DNA of 63,348 nt, filler included, from Circinaria calcarea (lineage: Eukaryota): the NCBI GenBank assembly GCA_051942165.1. It is 9 parts of 9 records of this genome, joined end to end, with 100 filler letters (N's around TTAATTAATTAA, not from the genome) between each part and the next. Parts side by side here need not be neighbours in the genome. Positions count along the whole stretch, not along the records: positions 7,067 to 14,031 come from JAVECS010001447.1; positions 14,132 to 21,095 come from JAVECS010001448.1; positions 21,196 to 28,155 come from JAVECS010001449.1; 6 more parts are not named here. One strand, 5' to 3'. The notes under the pieces were generated by a model. The model saw nothing but the letters and a program-made list of their open reading frames with translations, did no database searches and was not told where the DNA came from. The translations under genes were made by a program, and so were the position numbers. This document shows positions 12,501 to 25,352 of the stretch, in pieces. Position 1 is the stretch's first letter. Each line of letters starts with the position of its first letter.

Positions 12501-13146
12501 GTTCGAAGATTCGTTTGCAGGAATTGTGCTGTATAATTCTAAGGTATTTTATGGCATTGCGGTTGAAACTTAAGGAGGGCTAGATAGGAGTGTCAACAAA
12601 CGGACGAGTATCATAGTGATGCATGGCTCCAGTGTCATGGTGGCGAGGAGGAGGATGATTCCGCTGGCTCCAGTACAATGTACCGTACGTAGCTTACATG
12701 TTCTGTGGCAACAAGGAAGAAACGACTGTTGCCGCGAATACCAATCTATTGTAGCTTGTGTTAAAACGAGTTAGCAAAAAAACTTTATCGAACAGGAGAC
12801 CCAAATGGTCAAACCTTACCAACGAAAAAATATCTTGTTAGATCGATCGTTGGGGCCAGTTAATAACAGAAACAATAATGCTAACGATAGCCACGGTGCC
12901 ATGATGCCATGATGTTGAATTTTGGAAAAAGCAGAATCCGAAATTGTATGTCTATATCCTCTATGGCCCAATCTAGAGTCGCTCTTGCCAGAACCCCCAT
13001 TCTTAATCTTCCAGATATCCACCTCGCTGTGCTTAAGTTTATACATACAGATGGCCCTTGTATCTACATTTCACTTCTTACACAAAAACTTTACTCACCT
13101 CCCTCCTCTAACCCCCAAATCTCTCCTCCCAAAGGAGGCTCTCCCC

Positions 13147-14031
13147 TCAAACCCTCCAAATCGCCTCCCCCATCCGCACCACTTCTCTCATCTCCCTCAC
13201 ATCATGCACCCTCACCACATCCGCCCCTCCTCTCACAGCGGCAGTCACACAAGCCGCCGTGCCCATGATCCTCTCCCTTGCCTCCCTGGCCCCCGTAATC
13301 TTCCCGATGAACCCCTTTCGGCTGGTGCCCACACACCAAGGAAATCCTTTCAGACCCTCCCAGTCGCGTAATTCGTCAAAGCGTCTCAGAAGTTCGAGGT
13401 TTTGGGCTTGGGTTTTTGCGAAGCCGATGCCTGGGTCGAGGATGATGCGCCAGCGAAAGATACCGGCTGCTTCTGCCGCGTGGACGCGGGCGAGGAGTTC
13501 GGTGGCGACGCCGTGGACGATACCGGAAGGGTAGGATGTTAGAGAGGTCATAGTATTGGGAGTGCCGCGCATGTGCATGAGGATGACGGTGCAGCCGAGC
13601 TTGGCGACTGTGGGGAGCATTTCCGGGTCCATGACGCCAGCGGAGACGTCGTTGATGATGTTCGCGCCTGCTTCGATAGCCGCTGCGGCGACGGAGGCAC
13701 GGTAGGTGTCGATTGAAAGAGCGAGGGAGTTGAATGCTTGGTTGGAGCGGATCGAGTTAATGGTAGGGAGGATGCGCGAAAGCTCTTCGGCTGGGGAGAC
13801 TTGAGGGGCATGGGGCCGGGTGGATTGGCCGCCTATGTCGAGGATGGTGGAGCCTGAGGAAAGGAAGGAGTTGAGGGTTGGAAGGAGTGTAGTTGGGTCG
13901 GGGTTGTGTACACCACCGTCGGAAAATGAGTCAGGAGTTAGGTTAAGGATGGCCATTAGGTGGGTTTTACGGGTGGCGGAGAGAGATGTGATGGGAGGGA
14001 GAAAAGGAGCTAGAGGTGTAAGGGGTAAAAG
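13147..14031 (-). CDS. FOL1: Dihydropteroate synthase domain, the C-terminal part of folic acid synthesis protein Fol1; 5' end truncated by the contig edge
   Basis: MAILNLTPDSFSDGG, DIGGQSTRP, SIDTY, INDVS, LDPGIGFAK, GTSRKGF, VRVHDV. The frame stays open to the contig edge. Confidence 0.92.
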   Translation of the reverse strand, partial: LLPLTPLAPFLPPITSLSATRKTHLMAILNLTPDSFSDGGVHNPDPTTLLPTLNSFLSSGSTILDIGGQSTRPHAPQVSPAEELSRILPTINSIRSNQAFNSLALSIDTYRASVAAAAIEAGANIINDVSAGVMDPEMLPTVAKLGCTVILMHMRGTPNTMTSLTSYPSGIVHGVATELLARVHAAEAAGIFRWRIILDPGIGFAKTQAQNLELLRRFDELRDWEGLKGFPWCVGTSRKGFIGKITGAREARERIMGTAACVTAAVRGGADVVRVHDVREMREVVRMGEAIWRV

Positions 14032-14131
14032 NNNNNNNNNNNNNNNNNNNNNNNNNNNNNNNNNNNNNNNNNNNNTTAATTAATTAANNNNNNNNNNNNN
14101 NNNNNNNNNNNNNNNNNNNNNNNNNNNNNNN
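14032..14131. other. Artificial contig spacer
   Basis: Same N44-TTAATTAATTAA-N44 linker. Confidence 0.99.
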
Positions 14132-14311
14132 AGGGAGGAGGAGGGAGATGGGGAGGACGAGGACGGGTACGGGGAGTGGGAATACGTGAAGGACGAGGAC
14201 TGGGACGGGGCGAAGGAAGGGAAGGACCAGAAGGGTGACGAGAAAGAGAGAGAGGAAAAGCAGGCGCAGGAAGAAAGCGACGATGAGTGGCCGACGGATT
14301 TTCTCGAGTGA
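14132..14311 (+). CDS. Acidic C-terminal end of an unidentified protein (partial)
   Basis: Open frame from the contig start: REEEGDGEDEDGYGEWEYVKDEDWDG...ESDDEWPTDFLE*. Confidence 0.45.
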   Translation, partial: REEEGDGEDEDGYGEWEYVKDEDWDGAKEGKDQKGDEKEREEKQAQEESDDEWPTDFLE

Positions 14312-14608
14312 ATCTTGATAAGTAAAAAAACGGCTGTTGCATCGAATGCACGAAGTCGGAAGCAATACCTGAACCGCTAAGTCGAATCCCACTGCACAAA
14401 AGGGTTACTTCAACATATATCCTTCCACATTAAGCGGTATAAAGCAATGCGATAAGCAGCGCGAGAGCAAAGGTATGAACGGCTTTAATTATTGGGTAAA
14501 GGTAGCATACATTTTGGAGTGCTATGCACACTAGACCTCCCCGGAACTTCCCCCCTACTAGCATAGCGTGCACGGTTCGTTCCACCAGAGCAACAGCTCA
14601 AGGGATAG

Positions 14609-14878
14609 TTATTTTTGACCGCGGCCACACATATCAACTTCTTGTTCTTCTCTCCCATGTTCTTCGTCTTCTTCGTCGTCCACCATCTCCACCTCTATAG
14701 TCACGAGCTTTTCTAACCCGCCGCCAATAGACTTTAATATCTCCTCAAGATCGACTGGCTTTTCCACTCTTCTCACGCCATTCGCCACGTGGTTCCAAAA
14801 ATAGTATCGTTCCTCGTTCTTAAAGAAATATATCAGATCGTTAGGGTGGTAAGCTAGTCCAGTTTCGGAATAAATGCG
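14609..14878 (-). pseudogene. Gene fragment lacking its N-terminus, of unknown family
   Basis: Open frame ..DLIYFFKNEERYYFWNHVANGVRRVEKPVDLEEILKSIGGGLEKL..* has an in-frame TGA upstream and no ATG before the protein-like segment; AT-rich sequence lies upstream. Confidence 0.3.
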
Positions 14879-16077
14879 TCAACACATCACGTGGAATAAC
14901 GTCCTTTGGATATATGAATATCCCATGAGCCATTTACGCTTTATGAATTTGCAAATCCGATTATTGCCAAGCCTTCTAGCGTCGTGATATTCCCCGCACT
15001 ATTGGCCTGATTATATCATCGGGAATATCACGATTATATGGGCAATCATGTCTGTTTACAAGGCCAGAACAGCGACATAACGTATACGTTTCAGTCAAAA
15101 CTTTCTATATACAAATTGTAGAGTAAGAGTCGTAGCAATTCATTAATCCAAAAACAATAAATTTTAGACGAAAATCCATCAAGTCATTCAGCGTAGAAAT
15201 TTTGGTGGTTTCGTATTACGACCGTGGATCGTGACTTGGCCGTCTCCCTACGAAACAGCCCATATTTAATACTGTGAAACGCGAACAATCCTAGAGAAAA
15301 GCCCAGGGTATTATCTTTATAGTAAGAAACAACGATTCTAACCTTGAAAACTCGAAAAACGTATGGGTATTGGCTATAAAAATCGAAAATTTTTCTGAAA
15401 GGTGATATTTTGCTCAATCACGGCTATATCCATATGATATACACCTGGAGAGTAGCGTGCCATTTAATACCCCTATATGGTAACGGAGTACACCGCATAC
15501 TTACCAGTCCCTTCCCCTTTCGCGCCCTGCCTTTTTCTCGGCCTCATCGTTACAATCCCTTATCTCTTCTACTACCTTTACCAATATCACCCGACAATCC
15601 TCACACATATTTGGTATTTTTGGTCATCCATTACCAAGCAACCTCCATCTTTGTAAGCGGAAATGCGACCACCAGCGTGTCAGTAGTTCCCGGAACGTAG
15701 TGACTGCCGGAGCCGAACCAGGGCTAAGCTAATATCTTACAGTTGTACCCGAAGGGGGTTATCTTGAAGGTTGGCCAAGGATGTCAAGATTGCGGGTCGG
15801 GTTTTGATTTTGGGAGAGAATATTTTAAGACAAGTGACTGATGGACACAAATCCAGGGTTCGGTCGAGTCGGTTGGCGGTAAAGTTATACAGCCGCCCTT
15901 AAATGGCCTGCCTGATAAAGATTTCAAAGCAACCGTTTATTCGGCCAACGACATTGATGAGAGGTATATAGTTCAGACATAGTCTCTCTGTTATCCTATG
16001 CATCCGAATACCAGATTCCCATCATATTTCCGGGCAACAGCAACTATTACCGATTATCCTCCCCCAATTAACCCATC

Positions 16078-17073
16078 ATGCCTTTCATAACCACTTTCCT
16101 CCACTCCCAACTCCTCGTCACCCTACCATACCCCACAAACTCCTTCGCCAACCAAACCATAATCGTCACCGGCGGCAACAGCGGTCTGGGCCTCGAAGCC
16201 GCCCGTCATTTTATACGCCTAGACGCCGCCAAAGTAATCCTCGCCGTACGCACTACCTCCAAAGGTGCCGCCGCCGCCGCCGACATTTCTGCATCTACAA
16301 ATACGCCCGCGTCCCGCATTGAGGTCTGGCCGCTGGACTTGGCGAGTCATGATTCGATCACGGCATTTGCGGCTAAGGTGCGGAGGATGGAGAGACTTGA
16401 CGCGGTGGTGATGAATGCCGGGATTCTGACGGGCAAGTATAAGTTGGTGGGCGGAGAGGAGAGCATGATTGCGATCAACGTCGTGAATACAACTCTGCTC
16501 GGATTGATGCTGCTGCCAAAGTTGAGGGAGAGCGCAAAGAGGATTGGAGCGAGGGGAAGGCTAGTCTTCATAGGGTCGGATTTGCAATTGGTGGCAAAGT
16601 TCACGGAGCAAAACGTGCCCGGGAAGAGCATTTTCGAGGCGTTGACGGACAAGGAAACGGCAAACATGGCGGATCGGTACAACACTTCGAAACTCCTCCT
16701 GCTTTACGCCGTGCGCAGCATCGCCGCTTTGAGCCCAGTTTCTCCAGAATCAAACGTCATCATCAACTATGTAACGCCCGGCGCGTGCAAGAGTGACATC
16801 TTCCGGGACGAAGCCAGTTGGATTTCGAGGGTTGCTATGGGGATTGCAGTCGCCCTCGTTGCTCGGACGACGGAGGCTGGGAGCCGGACGTATCTGGATG
16901 CTGCGAGACAGGATGTGAGTGAGGAAACTCACGGCAAGTTTCTGATGGACTGCAAGATCTGGCCGAATGGAGAGAATGTGGATAGTGCTCATGGCCAGGA
17001 GCTGCAGGGGATGTTCGTCAAGGAACTCTTTGCAAAGCTGGAAGGCATCCAACCGAGTGTTACGAATATCTGA
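16078..17073 (+). CDS. Short-chain dehydrogenase/reductase (retinol dehydrogenase-like), intronless
   Basis: TGGNSGLG cofactor motif, NAG, and catalytic YNTSK (YxxxK). Confidence 0.93.
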   Translation: MPFITTFLHSQLLVTLPYPTNSFANQTIIVTGGNSGLGLEAARHFIRLDAAKVILAVRTTSKGAAAAADISASTNTPASRIEVWPLDLASHDSITAFAAKVRRMERLDAVVMNAGILTGKYKLVGGEESMIAINVVNTTLLGLMLLPKLRESAKRIGARGRLVFIGSDLQLVAKFTEQNVPGKSIFEALTDKETANMADRYNTSKLLLLYAVRSIAALSPVSPESNVIINYVTPGACKSDIFRDEASWISRVAMGIAVALVARTTEAGSRTYLDAARQDVSEETHGKFLMDCKIWPNGENVDSAHGQELQGMFVKELFAKLEGIQPSVTNI

Positions 17074-18623
17074 ATTGGTTCCTGAACACTTGTGCCGGAA
17101 GTATTGGGTCAACTGTCTATGCATTAGTGTTCGATTGATCTCAATCATATAGAGAACTTATATATAATAATTGATTAACGGCATGGACTGGATCATAAGA
17201 CAACAGTCATGACTTTTTGTATGTACACTAGTGAAGCTCCCTTAACGTATGCTTGTGTAGAATATCCCAAATCTTTGGCGCGGCTCCTTTTGAAGGAATT
17301 GCACAACTGCGCGGGAACATCTCATAGATTAAATTTTATCGAAGTTCGATCATAACCGCTTCCCTACCACCGCACTGAGATCCTGTGAAAAATGTCACAG
17401 TTAATGTCTGGGAAGAATCGGAGTGAAAGCTCGCCCTGTATTTCGTGGCCTCTTTGGTTGCCTCCTAGGTGGCAGTAGTAGGTGGCAATAGAAGGTGTCT
17501 TTGCGCGCCGTCTTTAAGGTATTGGCATTCGTCGTCAGTACCAGCTGCCTCGTTTAGTCACTTGCAAGGCCTCCAATTGAACCGTCGCCGATATCTTCTT
17601 GAATTTGATCGAAGCCTTCTTAATGACGAATCCGTCTAACCCTGCATGCGCGTCTGGACTGAGCTTAGTATAAATGTCGTCCAGTAGCTTCTGACCACCA
17701 CCTTCCGCAAATGGCAAGGTAATTATCGCGTTCCTCTAGCCCAGGTTCGCCAATGACCACCGCGAATGAGTGCTGAAACCCCTTAATACGCGTCATTCAA
17801 GGTCAAGATATAATGGTAACCTTGTTCATAAATAGCAGGGCTGGTCATTTCAGAAAGGACAGAGTTGAGATGAGTCTCTGTAATGAACAAAGGCCGGACA
17901 ATAGGATGACACGGTTTTGGGAGAGTGACTGGAACGTGTATACAGGAAGAACATGTTGTATCAGTGATAAGTGCCATATATACTGAATATTGGAGGTTCG
18001 AACTAAATCTCATGGTAGCCAGAATCTAAATTGGTGTCACAGGCAAGTTAAGTGTCAGATAAGGGGAGTCTCCTAGACCAGGAATCTTACAGATTGACCA
18101 ACAAGCAATGAGAAAGACATGTAAGCATTGTCCAAACACTCGCCTGAGATATTCATCTACCATAAGGAATCGGACTCTGATTCAGGGTTTTCGAAATATT
18201 GCACTGAGTGACAGAGTAAGAGCCTAAGCACACTTGATTGTCAGAAGGTAAGATGGGCGATATAGGCAATGTGGAATATATTTAATTCAGTGATAGAGGA
18301 GCCTTTTTACCAAGCATTGGTTGATAAAGACCTCTCTTCTATGTTCGTGAGCGTACTCCCGACTGCTGGATGCTACGTACATAGAGGGCCACTAGACTAC
18401 TCGCGGACATTATCAATCTAAATTAAGCGACCACAACGCGTGACACGGAAAGATCACGTCGCTCCACAAGTTTTGATGTTCCAATGTTCCAATGTTAATG
18501 ATACTGCACATCGACCCTCTTACATTGTAAAGACCCTAGGCCCATTGTTTGATTACGTCTCTGGGCAGCAGTTCCTTCATAGCAATCTTAAAATAATGAT
18601 ATGAGCGCAGTCCTCATCTCTCA

Positions 18624-20764
18624 ATGGCCTCCCCAAACAGCCTCAAACGCACCTGTGAGGTCGCCCAATTAGATACTCCATCCCTCCAGCAGCGACCAGA
18701 CGAAGTATCACGTACCAGAGAAGTAGCTATCCAACCAGGATACATCTTGAATTCTCAGCCAGATGTCACCACAATCATTCCGACACCCGAAAGGAGTCGA
18801 ACTCCCTCGGCGGCCCCAAGCACTGGAGGTTCTCCGGCAAGAGATGGATCTATTCCCCCAGTAGCCTGCGCTGCCTCCGATTCAAGCAGTCAGCCTAAGA
18901 GACGGAAACTGACTTTCGCGGAAAAAGAAGTCCAGCGGCTAGAGAAACAGTTCAAAGAACAACAAAGAGCTGAGGAGAGAGCTCGGAAAGATGAAGAGAA
19001 ACGGATCAAGGAGGAGGAGCGGCGGGTCAAGGAAGAAGCATTGAAGGAAGAGAAGCGAAGAAGAGACGAAGAAAAGGAAGAGAAGAAGGCGGCTAGGGAG
19101 GTAGAGAAACAGGTACGGGATGAGGAAAGGAAAAAGAGGGAAGCTGAGAAGAAAGCCAAGGAGGACGAAAAGGCAAAAAAGGAGAAAGCGAGGAGTCTCT
19201 AATTACACTCAACTTCCTTGCTGACGGTGATATAGTCACAACTACGGTTGAACTCGTTCTTCACGAAACCTTCACTTCCTTTGGATGGATCCGGTGAATC
19301 ACCGCTCCGAGAGCGAGTCACTATAAGCCGTCGAGGTTCAATGGCTTCCTTGGATGGTCTTACTTCAGTGGCTAGCAGTCGATCAGCATCTATATCACCC
19401 GAGGAGATTTTGAAGTCCGAATATGAACGGAAATTTCCGCCGTTCTTCATTCAATCCCATACAAAATTGGCCCCTTTCAACCAGTTCCCTCGGGACGAAG
19501 AGGGCCTTAATCAATCTCGGAAGCACATTGATGAAGGCCTTCGAGGGGAATCTTCGGGATTGCTTGTGCAGTCGACTGGTGAAGTTGGGGGAACCAGAGT
19601 TAGCGAAATACTTTATTTATCTTCGCGAAAACTACGTAGGAGATATGGCCGTCTTATTTCAGTAAAAGATATTGTTGCACGAATACATGGGACGATGGGC
19701 AATCCCATTGACTTGACAAGCTCAAAGAATTCCTCTTCTTTGCAGAAGCCACTCGATCTGCTGAAATCAACTTCACTCAAATATCTTCGCTACGCCGAGG
19801 ATGTCAGGCCGCCATATGTTGGCACATATACCAAGGTACCTCAAGAGCAATCAGTGTCGAAGCTCTGCAGAAAGCCATTTACACGGGCTCTACCAGCAAC
19901 CAATTACGACTATGACTCGGAAGCGGAATGGGAAGAACCTGGAGAAGGGGAAGATTTAGATTCGGAAGGCGAGGAAGAGGTCGGTGAAGAAGAAGAGGTA
20001 GATGATATGGAAGGATTCTTAGATGACGATGATGCCGGTGATGGAACGAAAGGGACAAAAAGACGACATATGATGGGTGATGTGCTACCTGTCAGTACTG
20101 GTCTTTGCTGGGAGTGCTCCTCCGGGAGTCAAAAGTCATCTACAGTACAGTACGGACAGACATTGCTCGATCTGACGCCCTTCAGGATGGATGTACTTTT
20201 GGGTATTTATTCTTACCCCGGCTACCCTAAGAAATAGTTAGCTGATACTCGAGCAGTCCATCCACAAAGCTCAATCGACCCCTACTCAGCCAGCTATTGG
20301 CCCTCCCCCTCCAGCGTGCATACCTCAACCCAAGCATCCAACAAATCCACCTCAGCAGCAATGGCTCCTCCCCAACGTATCCCCCTCCACACCGTCAACG
20401 CCTCCAACAATCTCCTCCTCCCTCAACCCTCAACAGACACCTCCTCAAAACCTTCTCCTATCACCGGATCCTCCACCTCCAAAGCTAGAAAAGCAGCCAC
20501 AAAACCCCTTCCCTCGGAGCTTCTCGATGACTTTAAGCGAGCGGTTCAGGGCAGTGATCTTACAAAAGCGGGGCTGGTGGAGGTTTTGAAGAAACAGTAC
20601 GTATATATTCTAGATATCCTGGTGCTGCTGGACGGATGGGTTAACTAATATTTGTATGTTGCAGATTCCCCAAAGCAGCCAAAGACACCATCAAAGATAC
20701 CATCAACGAGATCGCCGAGCGTGTGGGGGCTAAGGAGGCGGATAAGCGCTGGAGACTCAAGTAA
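18624..20764 (+). CDS. RLF2: Chromatin assembly factor 1 subunit A (Cac1/Rlf2/p150), multi-exon
   Basis: K/E/R coiled coil, PIP-like box QLRLNSFF, EDVRPPYVGTY, YDYDSEAEWEE..EGEDL acidic domain, and a C-terminal winged helix (GSDLTKAGLVEVLKKQFPK..KRW). Confidence 0.93.
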
Positions 20765-21095
20765 GAGCACACAAACTGTCCTCTTGGACATCAATGTGGA
20801 TTTTACATGTTGTGGGAGTCTGCAACGGTGGCACAATAGGGTTAGGGGTAGGGGAAGAGCAAGAATGTGGCTTGTACGTACGGTGTGTATTTGGGAGTCC
20901 TTGGCGGGTTTAAATCTCAATCGGTCTCGATCCGGTTATTACTCCTGCTTGCTTCTTGCTTCTTTGCCATCTTCGCTTTTAGGCCCGGTCATCCTGGCCG
21001 CACTTGCTAAGGGTAGAGAGAATGGAAAAACTTTTACTTTTTCTTCTCTCCTCTCCTGAGCTAATCCACATAAGCCTCTTAAACTTCTTCCCCCC

Positions 21096-21195
21096 NNNNN
21101 NNNNNNNNNNNNNNNNNNNNNNNNNNNNNNNNNNNNNNNTTAATTAATTAANNNNNNNNNNNNNNNNNNNNNNNNNNNNNNNNNNNNNNNNNNNN
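21096..21195. other. Artificial contig spacer
   Basis: Same linker. Confidence 0.99.
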
Positions 21196-21233
21196 AAAGA
21201 AAGTACTCATGTCCAGACCAAGTCTTTGCGAGT

Positions 21234-24200
21234 ATGGGGGAGCTCTCGGAATTTCAGATCGGCCAGACGGTCGAGCTGCAAGATGGGAGAGCAGCGACAG
21301 TACGATATGTCGGTGAGACTCACTTTGCCCCTGGAGACTGGATTGGCGTGGAACTCGATGAGCCTTCCGGAAAAAACGATGGGGCTGTTCAAGGTCAACG
21401 ATACTTCGATTGTACACCTGCCCATGGCATGTTCATCCGGCCTGCAGTTGCCGCCATTCTCGACCAGCCCACACCAAAGCCGGCCACCAAGATGGGTGGG
21501 GGAATGAATGGAGCATTGAGGAAGCCGGGCCTACCGCCTACCACCGCTAGAACATCGAGAAGGCAGAGTGTTCGGGAACAAACTGGGGGAAAGAGGCAGA
21601 ACGTAAATGCTGGTAGCCCTACGCCAGGTGCGAGGGGTGCTCCTAATCTGAAAACCTTCCGTGTACTGGTATACTACGTCCCGTCTATAACGCTTGGTTG
21701 ACGTTTGAATCTAGTCTCCATATACCTCTCCTACCAAACAGGTCGTTTCGACCACTACATCCGGCAATGCTGCCCCTAAACTCCCAGCCCCTGGTCCAGT
21801 ATTAAAGTCTACGAATGCAATCCATAAGCCTCGGAGTAGCATCGCTGGCCGCCCATCCATGGGCCCACCGCCCCCGTCTGTAGTATCTCGATCGTCACGT
21901 CAGTCCATTGCAGGGACTTTGAACGATGCCTCGAATCCAACCACTCGACCCCCTGTGCCATCTTCTCGAAGCAACGGCAGCCGGTTGTCAACATTACAGA
22001 GTGGCACAAGGAGAACCGGGTCAACCAGTGGAAGCAGTCAGGCAAGTGGGCGGAGTGGTCAAGAGTCTCCGGCTGACGTCCCTGAATCCGAAGTGCTGTC
22101 TCCTCCTCTTAGCGACTTTCCGGACGGCCGAACAAAAGGGGCTCATAGCCCAGCACTCTCCCGTGCTTCTGCTACTAGCCGTAGTATCATCTCCCCAGAT
22201 GCTGCGCCATCTTACGAAAAAGCGTCGCCTGCTGTATCACAGCGTACTCCACCAGCAAGTTCTCCTTTGGTACGAGAAGTAGAGGATTTGAAGATAAAAC
22301 TACGGATGATGGAAAAGAGGCGCACGGAGGATCGGGAGAAGCTGAATGGGCTAGAGAAAATTCAAAATGAACGAGACAAATTCGAGGGTATCATTCAGAA
22401 ACTCCAGGCCAAGTATCAACCGCAACAACAGGAGATATTGGATTTGAAGAGGCAACTTCGAGAAGCGGAAGCGAAAGCGGAAGCTAGTGAGACAGCACAG
22501 GTTGAGGTTGATAGCGCCGTTGAGATGGCAACTTTAGATCGGGAAATGGCAGAAGAAACTGCAGAAGCCCTGCAAACTGAGCTCAGTGCGCTGCGGCAGG
22601 CGCATGAGGAACTGGGGTTAGAGGTGGAGATCCTGCGGGAAGAGAATGCAGAACTGGGAAAGGAGATGAGTTTAGAGGAGAGGACAAGTCAAGGATGGGT
22701 GCAGATGGAGAGGAGTAACGATCGATTGCGTGAAGCTCTAATGCGACTTCGAGACGCCACGCAAGAGCAAGAGGCTGGATTGAAACAGCAGATCAAGGAA
22801 TTGGAAAGAGAAGCTCATGAACTCGGAAACATTCGTGTACAGTACGAAACGACGAGAGAGAAACTTTCTCAGTCGAACGCGGCGATTGAGGACCTCCGGC
22901 AGCAACTAGATACCGCTCTAGGTGCCGAAGAGATGATTGAGGAGCTTGCAGAGAAGAATATGTCATTAACAGAGCAAATTGATGATCTAAAGGCTACGAT
23001 TGAGGATTTGGAAAGTTTGAAGGAGCTGAACGACGAACTTGAAATGAATCACATGGAAACAGAAAAGCAACTCCAGGAAGAGATTGATTACCAAGAGAGC
23101 CTACTTTCAGAGCAAACGAAGAAATTTGTGGCTCAGGATGAAACCATTGATGATCTTGAATACACAGTGTCTCGTTTCCGAGGGCTGGTCACGAGTTTAC
23201 AGAGCGATCTCGAGGATATGAGGGCATCCCAGCAAATCACAGAGGCTGAAGCTAACGACCTGTCCAGTCGCTCAAGGGCTATGATGGATCTCAACATGCG
23301 TTTGCAGACGTCGGCATCTAAAGCACAAGTCAAAGTAATTGATCTTGAATTGAAGAGACTGGAAGCTCAAGAATCGGCAGAGCATCTGTCGATTATACAG
23401 CATTTTCTACCGGAGACTTTTGACGGCGAGCGGAACTCGGTGCTTGCCCTGCTTCGGTTCAGAAGGATTGAATTTAAGTCGGAACTCATGCATTCCTTGT
23501 GCAAGGAGAAAGTTAGCGGGCCGCCAGCGCCAGGCCACGAGGATGAGGTCTTTGCCATATGCGATATACTGAACAAGCTGACCTGGGTCTCGAGCATGTG
23601 TGACCGGTTTGTTCATTTCATACGAAGGTGTGACTTGGAAGCCTTTGCTAAGCTGGAGGGCGCACTATACGAACTTGAGCCAGTTGAGCGAGCGCTCAAT
23701 GGGTGGATTGATGCTGTGAAGAAGGATGACTTAAAGCAGTGGCAATGTGCAATAGAGTTACAAAGGTACTTGGCTCCAGGGGACCTTCGATTGTATATAG
23801 CTAACGCATTTCTAGGTCAATTGCTTTAATGACACACCTAGCCGAGGTGCATATCAGCAATGGCTTAGAACAACATGCTGAAGATTTGCGTATGCGGGCC
23901 CTTCTCATGCAAAGCAATCTGGAAAACTCTGCTTTAGCTCTATCACACATAAAGTCCATTGGGCAAAGCAAATTACCTACTGCAGGCGATGCAGAGGACG
24001 AAGATAATCAGCAAGCGGATGGATTCTTTCGGAAGCTGGAGTCACTTCTCTCCCAAGTCCGTACTGCCAAGGTCATTCCTGGCAAAGCCATCCATAATCT
24101 TGAGGAACTCCAGTCAAGATCCCTAACCCTCAATCCATCAACGCTTCCTACTGTCGAGCAACTGCAAGCTTCCACCAGTGAGCTTACAAATGCTACTCGC

Positions 24201-25352
24201 GATGCAGGCATATCTTTGTTCGGTCTTATTACTCATGACGGACGCCCCTCAGCGTTCGATTTTAATGAATTAGAATCTGCAATATCCTTGGTGGATTCGT
24301 CAGCCTCTTCATCCTTGGTCTCTCAAATCCAAACGACAGCAACGCAGATGCAACAATTTCATACTCTCACAATGACCCTTTCCCAAACCATCGAGCTTCC
24401 GGATACACGAAATACTACTCCACCGTGGATCTTACTAGCCTCTAAGCTTCGAGATGCCACCAGTAAATCAGCCGCACATGAAGAAGAAGTCAAAAAGTTA
24501 GTGGCTGAAGTGTGGGAGAAGAACACAGCACTGGCCATGAGGGATAAGCTTGTGGAAGATATGAATGTAAACATTGAAATACTCGAGAAGCGTATCGGTG
24601 AGTCAGGCGGACGACGAGAACGAGTTCGGGAGTTGGAATCAACGGTCGAGTCTGCACGGTTAAAAGAGAGGGAATTGGCGAAGAAGCTATACCACCTTCA
24701 ACAAAACCTACAGGCTGCTGAAGCAGACCGAGAGAACCTTAGCAAGCAAGCGTCGGAATCCGAAGCGAATGCTCGATCCAGGGCCGCTGCAGGACAGCAC
24801 GAGGTCACTTCAGTCCAAGGTCAGGAGGAGATTGCCCGACTCCGATCAGAAATCTCCGTGCTGCAATCTACTATACGGTATCTTCGCCTCTCAACCCATC
24901 ATGCTTCCTTGCAGTCCTCTCACTCCTTCCTTTCCGCGCCTCTACTGCCATCATCACCTTTGTCGGAGAAAACACACCTGGCCCATGAGGCCCGAGATGT
25001 CCTCCGATCAATGCTTGCACTTGTCACGCGACCGGAGAGTCAAGTCGTGCAACTCAGGCTCCGTGAAAGAGAAGAGAGATTGAAATGGCGACCCGTTCGC
25101 GAATCTACAAGGTGGCAGATGGGCAGACAGAGGGAGGAATGGGAGGCGTGGCGGGAGTGGCGAGACGACGTTGGGCGGAGAGGGAAGGAACTGAGCCGGG
25201 AGGACGAAAGGAAGAGGAGAGTGGGACGGCATAGAGGAGAGACAGTGCCAATGGTGGGCTTCGGTATCCCGGGCCTGGAAGATGAAGAGAAGGGAGCGGG
25301 GGCGGAAGTGAAGATTGTGCAGCCGATGGAGGAGGGATTGGAGATTGCTTGA
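21234..25352 (+). CDS. nudM: Dynactin p150(Glued) subunit (ro-3/nudM/NIP100 family); introns 21663-21714 and 23766-23815
   Basis: CAP-Gly domain (GDWIGVELDEPSGKNDGAVQGQRYF), a basic/Ser-rich linker, and coiled coils with EMATLDREMAEE and ALGAEEMIEEL. Both introns keep the frame. Confidence 0.95.

Noticed and set aside
17400..18013. Minus-strand ORFs 17535..17717 and 17783..18013 as a small gene
   Set aside because: I could not join them with credible splice sites or assign a family.
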